Positions 54,729 through 62,471 of a DNA stretch of 64,000 bases are shown here, in pieces (position 1 is the first letter of the stretch; each line of letters begins with the position of its first letter). The translations under genes were made by a program, and so were the position numbers. The notes beneath the pieces were generated by a model, which made no database searches, was not told where the DNA came from, and saw only the letters and a list, made by a program, of their open reading frames with translations. This DNA comes from Clostridia bacterium (GTDB lineage: Bacteria > Bacillota > Clostridia > Christensenellales > Aristaeellaceae): positions 4,170-68,169 of the forward strand of contig JAUMVT010000007.1 of the NCBI GenBank assembly GCA_030529995.1, written 5' to 3'.

Positions 54729-57700
54729 ATGGCTGAGCAGAAGTTCGATATTTCCATTGAGCGGGTTGAAAAGATTCCTGTTCCGTTGCTGGTGATTGGA
54801 TTGGGCGGCACAGGCTGCGATGCGCTGAAGGCAGTGAAGCGTACCTTTGCCGAGCGGTATGTGCTGCCGGTGAATGCGGATGGTCAGACCCAGGCAGCAC
54901 CGCCGAAAACGGCCTATCTGGGTTTTGACAGCCTGAGTGAACGACCGGACGGCTTGGAAATCAACGAGTATGTGGATATTTCCATTGCCGGCATGGATAA
55001 GATCCTGACCAATCAGGATACGCTGCTCCAGCCCTATGAGCGGTCATGGGTCAACCGTGACCTTCGCCATGAGGCTGCCGGCCTTGGCATGGGCACTGTC
55101 CGTCAGGCTGCCCGACTGGCTCTGTGCCGAAATTACGACAAGGTAACCAATGCACTGAGAGGCGCATTGAACAATATTGTCTCCGTTGCCGCGGGTGCTC
55201 CCGGCAGCCCGGTGAATCGTATTGAGATCGTGATCCTGACAGGCATCAGCGGCGGTACGGGTTCCGGCACCTTCTTGGACATGGCACAGATTGTGCGCTA
55301 CGTTGGTTCGCAGGTGTCCCAGTTGCCGGTGCGTATTACAGGCTATCTTGTCATGCCTGATGTTTCGCTGGAGAGAGTCAAGGGTGCTTCCGGCATGGAG
55401 GATCCCATCAAGCACAATGCGTATGCTGCCCTGAAGGAACTGGATTTCTGGATGCGCGTGAAGGACCATGAAGTTCCTTACACCATGCAGTACAATGCGA
55501 CAACCAGCATTACCTGGAGCGAGAAGCCTTTTGACAGCTGCCTGCTGATGAGCTCTACCAACACGAAGGGCCTTCCTTATAAGGATGGCTATGAAGCCGT
55601 CATGAATACCATCGCCGAAAACCTGATGCACTACATGGCGCATGAGGATGGCGTTACCACCCAGTATTCCTATCGTCAGTATGAGGACAACCTGGGTGCC
55701 ATCCAAATCAGTAAGCGGTATCCGGCGTTCTATGGCTACCGGGCAATCGGTGCCTTCACCAAGCGGATTCCGAAGAAAGCTTTGCTGTACTACGAAGGAA
55801 AACGCCTGCTGTCTACCTTTATTCCCCTGCGGGACAGCAAGGGCGTTTTACAGCCTGACCGCCGCATGTTCACGGATGGACAGGGAGAACATCGGGCACA
55901 GCAGATTATCGGCTCCGGCGGACAGATGATGCAGGATTTCCGCACTCGCATTTGCCGGTTGCCTTCGTATTGCTCTACCGACTTGTCTGATAAGATTAAG
56001 GTCTCTGAAGTTCAGAATATGAATCCGCCAGCCCATAACCGCTGGCACCAGCAGCGGAATACGGATTGCGCTCCTGCGGCTTTGAAAGCATCGGAAAAGT
56101 ATCTGAACGAGGCATGGAATCGGTTTGTTCAGTTTGCGAATACTGTTATTACGGATCCGGAACAGGGACCCTTTGCACTGCGGCTTTATCTGGATGATGT
56201 ATCCGGCCTGCTTTCCGAAATGAATAAAACCTTGGAAACGTGGACAAGCTATAGAAATAAGTTCCGTAAGGAAATTAGCCAGTGGGAGGAGACTTGCAAG
56301 AGCAGCTTCGGGAATTTCTGCCATCCGCCGCTTCTGGGCAGAAAGACCGCGCTGGAAACCTATGACCATGCTCTTCGTTCTCTTTACACGGCTGTGTGGA
56401 ACAGTGAATTCATGGAGTGCTATGTGCCTGCGCTGGAAAAGCTGATTCTTCGGGTGAAAGAATATCTGGCCGATGGCTTGAAGCCTATGTGCAACACCAT
56501 CGAGAAGCTGGAAGAAGAATTCAACACCATCGAATCCACGGATACTACCCTGGTGCAGGATATCTATCAGCTGGATGATGTGAAGGGAAAGATTGATGAA
56601 GTCTTTACTGATGCAAACGCTAATAACCGGCTGGCCGTTTCCTTCCTGCAGGAAGTAACGACCATCTCCATGCTGAATGCGCCCAATGTGGACAGTAAGT
56701 CCTCCGGCGTTATGTTCCTGTGTCGCAATGCAGGGCTTGAAAAGCTCTGCGGCATGCTGCAGCAAAAATTGACGGAAACCTACGGGGATGTGAACGATCA
56801 GTCTCTGGACTCCATCATGGTAAGCAATGTTGGAGAGGACATCGCCAAGCAGCAGCAGTGGATGAATCGCCTGGCCACCGAGGTACTGGACAGTGCAGTG
56901 CCTATGTTTATGCAGGATGCGGTCTTCCAAAGTGAGGACAAGGCACCCTACAGCTATATGTCCATTCCTTACAATGCGAAAAAGCACATGGAGTACATCA
57001 GCGAGGCGTTTAAGACCCATGATCCTGCGGTAGAGCCGAAGGAAAGCTCCCTGAAGGATCACATTTATTGCTTGAACACCTGGGATAAGCTGCCTCTGTA
57101 TCGCTATGGCAAAATGGAAGAACTGCGGACGACCTATGATGCCGACCTGAATAAAGACGGCGCATCGAAGGGCATGCACTTGGTGTGCAACGGTGATCCT
57201 AACGCCAGCTACCAGTCGGACTGGACAAAGCTTCCTTCGCCCAAGCCTTATTTCCTCTTCCCGGGAACCGGCACGCTCAGCGAGCAAGCCCAGTATGAGC
57301 ACGTGAAAGATCTGGTGCGGGATGGTATGGCATGCGGCATGGTAGAAGTTTCGACGGATAACCCCGTCGTTTCGGTAAAGGTTCACCTGCAGTATGCGCC
57401 GGGTACGAACGCTTTCAAGACCTCTGAAACCATGCGTCAGGATCGGGCGGTGATTGTGGCTGAGAAGAATCCTGCCACAGGGGCACCTTACACGAAGGCG
57501 GAAATCGGAGAAAAGCTGGCGGCTTACCTGAACTCCGGAAAAACAGTCTATTTGGAGGAGAAGGAAGTTCGGCCATCGCAGCTGGCCAATGTACTTGGCT
57601 TAACCAATGAGCCCTGCGATCCCTTTGATGTTACTGTTCAGGCGGATATTGCGGCAATGGCAAAGGCCAAGGAAAACCATGCAAAGCTGTGCGTGGCGAT

Positions 57701-58310
57701 GGCTGAGGCAATTATTTACCGCCGCCCGGACATGATGCGTGCGATTGAAATGCAGCTGCCCGCTGTGAAGGAGATCCGCAAGGAAGCGGAGGAAGCGGCA
57801 AGAATTGCGGCTGCATGGAAAAAACGCAAGGAGTTTGCTCCGGAGGCAGCAGAGCTGTTTATTTTCCTGAACGATGTAATTTCCTTGGGCGGTTCCGGCT
57901 ATCGCTACAAGTACAAGGGCGAAAAGTACGATATGGTGAGTGAAAACCTGCTTGCTGACGACCTGAAGGACGTTTCTGACTATGTGAAGGTCATTGCTTT
58001 CCTGGCCGAAGTTCCTGAAAGCAACAGCACGAAGGCAACCTTGACGCGGATGCTGAAGGATGCCAAGGATGCCTATGACACGGCGGTAGATGGGGAGACT
58101 GTAACGGCTGAAGAAATGCAGGATCTGCTGGATGCTGCCAATGATCTGAAGGACGAAGCGGATGAGGAAGCAGTGAGGTTGGAGCATGAAACGCACAGCA
58201 ACCCCAGCGAGGCAGATGCGCTGACGTATCAGATGGAACTGATGCAGGCATTCAGTAAAGCAATCGAAAAGAACATAAGAAGCTTTAAGAAAATTCAAAA
58301 GGGTCTGTAA
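54729..58310 (+). CDS. Giant tubulin/FtsZ-signature GTPase-like protein (Tubulin_2 / FtsZ-like family candidate), 1193 aa
   Basis: AAGGGG SD. PLLVIGLGGTGCDAL (T1-like, nt 54798-54815) and ILTGISGGTGSGTFLD (T4 tubulin signature, nt 55251-55271) lie about 150 residues apart. The C-terminal region is long and mostly helical. Confidence 0.7.
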   Translation: MAEQKFDISIERVEKIPVPLLVIGLGGTGCDALKAVKRTFAERYVLPVNADGQTQAAPPKTAYLGFDSLSERPDGLEINEYVDISIAGMDKILTNQDTLLQPYERSWVNRDLRHEAAGLGMGTVRQAARLALCRNYDKVTNALRGALNNIVSVAAGAPGSPVNRIEIVILTGISGGTGSGTFLDMAQIVRYVGSQVSQLPVRITGYLVMPDVSLERVKGASGMEDPIKHNAYAALKELDFWMRVKDHEVPYTMQYNATTSITWSEKPFDSCLLMSSTNTKGLPYKDGYEAVMNTIAENLMHYMAHEDGVTTQYSYRQYEDNLGAIQISKRYPAFYGYRAIGAFTKRIPKKALLYYEGKRLLSTFIPLRDSKGVLQPDRRMFTDGQGEHRAQQIIGSGGQMMQDFRTRICRLPSYCSTDLSDKIKVSEVQNMNPPAHNRWHQQRNTDCAPAALKASEKYLNEAWNRFVQFANTVITDPEQGPFALRLYLDDVSGLLSEMNKTLETWTSYRNKFRKEISQWEETCKSSFGNFCHPPLLGRKTALETYDHALRSLYTAVWNSEFMECYVPALEKLILRVKEYLADGLKPMCNTIEKLEEEFNTIESTDTTLVQDIYQLDDVKGKIDEVFTDANANNRLAVSFLQEVTTISMLNAPNVDSKSSGVMFLCRNAGLEKLCGMLQQKLTETYGDVNDQSLDSIMVSNVGEDIAKQQQWMNRLATEVLDSAVPMFMQDAVFQSEDKAPYSYMSIPYNAKKHMEYISEAFKTHDPAVEPKESSLKDHIYCLNTWDKLPLYRYGKMEELRTTYDADLNKDGASKGMHLVCNGDPNASYQSDWTKLPSPKPYFLFPGTGTLSEQAQYEHVKDLVRDGMACGMVEVSTDNPVVSVKVHLQYAPGTNAFKTSETMRQDRAVIVAEKNPATGAPYTKAEIGEKLAAYLNSGKTVYLEEKEVRPSQLANVLGLTNEPCDPFDVTVQADIAAMAKAKENHAKLCVAMAEAIIYRRPDMMRAIEMQLPAVKEIRKEAEEAARIAAAWKKRKEFAPEAAELFIFLNDVISLGGSGYRYKYKGEKYDMVSENLLADDLKDVSDYVKVIAFLAEVPESNSTKATLTRMLKDAKDAYDTAVDGETVTAEEMQDLLDAANDLKDEADEEAVRLEHETHSNPSEADALTYQMELMQAFSKAIEKNIRSFKKIQKGL

Positions 58311-58415
58311 GCCTGCGTAGATTTTTATAGAAAAGCGCAGGGTGGTGCCTTCAGGACAGGTCGCAGGTGCGGTCTGCCCTGAAGGTCTATCACCATATAG
58401 GAGGAACGAGGGACA

Positions 58416-60950
58416 ATGACGATCAGCACAACGGCTGCAAATATTGTTGTTCTTTATGGCGATGAAGCCGCAAAGCATTTTGTGGATTTGGTGAAGCAGT
58501 GGGATAAACTGCTCAATGCAGATGGATGGGCATCCCTGTATTTTTTGATTGTATCCAGCCATGACCAGGAGTACAATCAACTGACCCAAGAGGAATGGAA
58601 TCGTGTTAGTCCGATAACCACCTATCTTAACATTAATGAGCAGCCGCTATCAACAAATGAGTACGCTGAAATTGCGTGGAGGTTGCCGAATGCGGGCAGC
58701 CCTAAGCTCCATCTGATTTGCGCAGCCGGACGTGAGCACTGTACCTATGATTGGCTGGAAAGCTTCACGCAGAATGTGCTGAAGGACGATGTCCATTTCA
58801 CCCAGTTCTTGCTCTATTATGTGCTGGGGAGAGACAGCCTGCCGGATGAAAAGAATGGCATGCATCGTGTGCTGCAAACTATTCAGGGGCAGGGGCATCA
58901 TGACCATGTGTTCCTCATTGGTGATACGGATGACGGCGGACAGAAAGTGAACAGTGATGCCATGTGGAATGCACTGTATCTGTCTGCCGTAATGAACTGT
59001 GCCGATAAATTGCACCTGAGCACAGAAACCTATTCGGTGGGCTATTCCGTGCTGAATGCGAATGGCAGCGAATTGGAAAACCTTCGCTTAGCCGCTTCGT
59101 GCCTTGCCGTGCAGGAACGCTTGCAGGAGGGAGAACTGTCGTCAGCTGAAGCGGTACCTGCTTTGCTGCCATCGGGCGTGGCAAGCGTTTCGGCACTGGA
59201 AGAGTGGCTAAAGAAAACAGTGCGTGAGTCTGTTCGCATTGCGAAAAGCGATTTCGGTAATGCGTGGATCACCATTCGCATGGATGCAGACCTGGATGAA
59301 ACGGAAACGTGCAAGCGCCTGAAACGGTTCGTTGACATGAATTATTGTCAATCGGCAACGATGGCTGAACGGGCGGAAAGCTTTGCACAGCAGGTGAAAA
59401 ACGAAGTTGTGGACCGGTTGTGCCGCACACCGAAAGCGGCGATTATGCCTGCGTCTGCAGCCGGCGACATTGCGTCTGCATTGGAACGCATGAGCAAGGA
59501 CGATGTACCGGCTATTCGGTGCACCTTCGGAAAGAAGCCTTTCCTCAAAACAGCAGGCAGGATGTCTCAATACGTGGAGGAAAACAAAGAAGCGGCTTTT
59601 AAGGCAGCAGGAACGCATGCAATGCAGCTGAATATGCAGACATATGCAAATGCTCTTGCCCAGGCATATCGGTCAATTGAAGAGTGGCTCAACAGAATGC
59701 ATTCCGGGAAAGTACCTGAAATGGACATCGTTGCTTATTTGCAGCGCAGAATGAGAAAGCTTGAAAAACCGGAGTCGGGGAATACGGACTATCTTCGGAC
59801 AAAGAAATATCCCAAGTATTGGAAGGAGCTGACGAATCTCCACCCTGCATTGCAGGAAATTACAGAGAACATGGAAAGCGAAGCCCAATACTTTGATGAA
59901 AACGGAAATTATGTGGAAGCAGGATGGGAAAGCCTGCTTGCCAGCGCACAGCAGGTGCTGAGAGACCAACTGCCGGGACGTATGAGCCTAAGATTCTTCG
60001 ATGTGCTGCACGCGGAGTTTGACGATGAAAAGCTGACGGAGTTCTTTGCGGATTACCTGAAGCCTGGTCGGCGCATGTATTACAATATGAGGGCGATTGT
60101 AGGCAATGCGCAGTCTTTCTATCTGGTGGATGAAGATCTGGCGAGTGCCTGGAAAAATGCGCCGGAAGGCCTTTTTGAAGTGCAGACGGATAACGCTGAG
60201 AATCTGACCCTGTATCCGATTGAGGGAAGCGGGGAGCAATCCTGGATCCTCGACAGCGGAGAAGCCTATTTTCATGGCGCAAGCATGGGCAGACTTTCCA
60301 AGCTGGCAGACCGGGAACAGGGTCAGTCTCCCGTGACAAGCCAGAGGAAAATCAGTAACCTTGCTTCTTCTCAGAAAGCACACTCGGCTCCTGCGGAACG
60401 CCATGAAGAAACGGATACGCATGGACTAAAACTGCAGCCCAATGCTCAGAATCATTACATGCTTTCCTGGGATTGGCAAGGCAATGATCAGCTTGCAAAA
60501 ATTACAATTACCCAGCTTGGTGAGCAAGTGGGATTTGATGTTGTTGATGTGAAGACGTTCAAGAAAAACAACGGGCAATTTGACGTGACGGCAAAAATGA
60601 TGGGTGGGAAGCCGATTCCTTACGGAGAATTGACAGTTACCATTTACTCAGGAGAGGGGAAGACCCCCTACATTGACCGTGCAACAGTGATGGGAAGATG
60701 TGAACAGGTCAACTATAGCATAAAGGGTAGCAAATTAGAAATGAAACAAGCTGCGCCCGGTGTGCTGAATCGTGTTGCATTGCGGATTACCAATAAGGAA
60801 GGCAAGTGGCTGTACTATCCTTTGTATGCAGGCAATGAGGATCATCCGTATACCTTTGAAAGACTGAATTTGGATGATGCTAAAGTTGTTCAGGCACCGA
60901 CAGAGCAAACGGACAGCAAAAAGGTACCGATCTTTATTCAACAAGTTTAA
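58416..60950 (+). CDS. Hypothetical 844-aa protein, possibly a nucleotide-loop-degenerate paralogue of the upstream tubulin-like protein
   Basis: AGGAGG SD. NIVVLYGDEAAKHF and HVFLIGDTDDGGQKV sit at the same positions and spacing as the GGTG loops of the neighbouring gene. The C-terminal domain is beta-rich. Confidence 0.7.
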   Translation: MTISTTAANIVVLYGDEAAKHFVDLVKQWDKLLNADGWASLYFLIVSSHDQEYNQLTQEEWNRVSPITTYLNINEQPLSTNEYAEIAWRLPNAGSPKLHLICAAGREHCTYDWLESFTQNVLKDDVHFTQFLLYYVLGRDSLPDEKNGMHRVLQTIQGQGHHDHVFLIGDTDDGGQKVNSDAMWNALYLSAVMNCADKLHLSTETYSVGYSVLNANGSELENLRLAASCLAVQERLQEGELSSAEAVPALLPSGVASVSALEEWLKKTVRESVRIAKSDFGNAWITIRMDADLDETETCKRLKRFVDMNYCQSATMAERAESFAQQVKNEVVDRLCRTPKAAIMPASAAGDIASALERMSKDDVPAIRCTFGKKPFLKTAGRMSQYVEENKEAAFKAAGTHAMQLNMQTYANALAQAYRSIEEWLNRMHSGKVPEMDIVAYLQRRMRKLEKPESGNTDYLRTKKYPKYWKELTNLHPALQEITENMESEAQYFDENGNYVEAGWESLLASAQQVLRDQLPGRMSLRFFDVLHAEFDDEKLTEFFADYLKPGRRMYYNMRAIVGNAQSFYLVDEDLASAWKNAPEGLFEVQTDNAENLTLYPIEGSGEQSWILDSGEAYFHGASMGRLSKLADREQGQSPVTSQRKISNLASSQKAHSAPAERHEETDTHGLKLQPNAQNHYMLSWDWQGNDQLAKITITQLGEQVGFDVVDVKTFKKNNGQFDVTAKMMGGKPIPYGELTVTIYSGEGKTPYIDRATVMGRCEQVNYSIKGSKLEMKQAAPGVLNRVALRITNKEGKWLYYPLYAGNEDHPYTFERLNLDDAKVVQAPTEQTDSKKVPIFIQQV

Positions 60951-60977
60951 CGGATTGAGATAGGGAGGAATGAAATA

Positions 60978-62471
60978 ATGGAAGTAAGCCATGTATGCCC
61001 TTATTGCGGTAAAGAAATTGACGTTGAAGAGATTCTCTTTTGGACGAAGAGCAAGCAGCAGTTTGATGATCCGCTTCGTGCTGGTTTTTTGCGCAGTCAT
61101 GGTGTGACAACCGGTGAAAAATTTGCCCGAGTGTATTTTAAGCCCTGTTTTGACGGAGAACGTAAAAACGTCATTAAGGTGGACTGCAATGATTATTATC
61201 CCACCATGCTGGAGGATGCGCGCTCCAATGGCCTTTCTCCGAAGCAGCTTGAAGGTAAGGACGATGCCTTTGGCGATGGTGACGATGATACTTATGACGA
61301 TGAATACAGGACGCAGCGATCCAATAGTAAAAAGAAAACAACGGAAGAGAAGTGCAGAATTGTTCAAAGAGCGTGCCCCCATTGCCATTGCGAGCTTCCT
61401 CAGGGATTTGGCGTACTGCCGGTTCATCATGTGGCCATGTTTGGCATTCGTGCCGCAGGAAAGACGGCCTATTTGGTGAACCTGTTTCAGCAGGTGAACG
61501 CCCAATTGAGCAATAATAATTTAGGCTCCGTGATGCTGGCAGAGGACAGCAAGCTTTTTCTGCAGCCGCTGATTGAAACGTACGAGGACAGCGGTAATAC
61601 AAAGGCAACGACGGCGGATAACGGTCTGCTGCCTATTGTGTGTCAGTACAAAAATGGCGGAAAAGAATCTTTTATCGTTTTTTATGACATTGCAGGAGAA
61701 GCTGTAACACAGAGCGATTATATGGCAAACCATAAAGGTATTCAGAACTGTGAAGCGCTTTTGATGATGATTGATCCTAACATGCTTACTTCAGGCGCAT
61801 TTGCAGCTGCATGGGAGAATGCGCATGGAGCTGGCAGCGAAGATATGATATATCCTACGATTGATGCATTCCTGAATGAAGCAGGGGTGATTTGTCAAGA
61901 TTTTGCCGACCATCTGAAGTCCATTGTTTGCGTGATTACCAAAATGGATATGGTACTGGAAAAGGATTCTGACCTGTTTGGCGGAGCAAACAGCAAACTG
62001 GAAATTACGACGGATATCGGCAAAAAGCATCTGAACCATGTTAACCTTCGCGTCCTAGCAGAAGTACGGAATAATTTGAATACTTTCCTGCAAAAGCAGT
62101 ATAGTGTGAACCTGAGCAAGAAGATTCATGATACCTTCGGTCAGGATCGTCAGGTGTATCTGCTGGGTGTTTCTACCTCTACGCGGGTGCCATCAGCCCC
62201 CGGCAATTCGAAAATCTGCTTTGAGCCTAAGAATTCTGCTAACGATCCCAAGCATCGAATCATTGAACCTTTCCTGGTGATTGCAATGACCTTTGGCCTC
62301 GTCAGCGGTGTGGATGATAAAGGCGATGTGAAGTGGTTCACAGGCAATGTGAAGCTGCCTGAGCGTGAATCGACTGCTGAGACCCCGCAGAAGCAGGAAA
62401 AGAAGGAAGCCGGACAAGCAACGAAGAAAAAGAAAGGCTTTTTCAGCAGGCTCTTTGGAGGCAGAAAATGA
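60978..62471 (+). CDS. Zinc-ribbon-containing P-loop GTPase with a C-terminal amphipathic membrane-targeting helix
   Basis: GGGAGG SD. CPYC (C7/C10) and CPHCHC (C133/C136/C138). G1 GIRAAGKT (61443-61466), G3 DIAGE (61686-61700) and G4 TKMD (61938-61949). Tail KKKKGFFSRLFGGRK. Confidence 0.75.
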   Translation: MEVSHVCPYCGKEIDVEEILFWTKSKQQFDDPLRAGFLRSHGVTTGEKFARVYFKPCFDGERKNVIKVDCNDYYPTMLEDARSNGLSPKQLEGKDDAFGDGDDDTYDDEYRTQRSNSKKKTTEEKCRIVQRACPHCHCELPQGFGVLPVHHVAMFGIRAAGKTAYLVNLFQQVNAQLSNNNLGSVMLAEDSKLFLQPLIETYEDSGNTKATTADNGLLPIVCQYKNGGKESFIVFYDIAGEAVTQSDYMANHKGIQNCEALLMMIDPNMLTSGAFAAAWENAHGAGSEDMIYPTIDAFLNEAGVICQDFADHLKSIVCVITKMDMVLEKDSDLFGGANSKLEITTDIGKKHLNHVNLRVLAEVRNNLNTFLQKQYSVNLSKKIHDTFGQDRQVYLLGVSTSTRVPSAPGNSKICFEPKNSANDPKHRIIEPFLVIAMTFGLVSGVDDKGDVKWFTGNVKLPERESTAETPQKQEKKEAGQATKKKKGFFSRLFGGRK

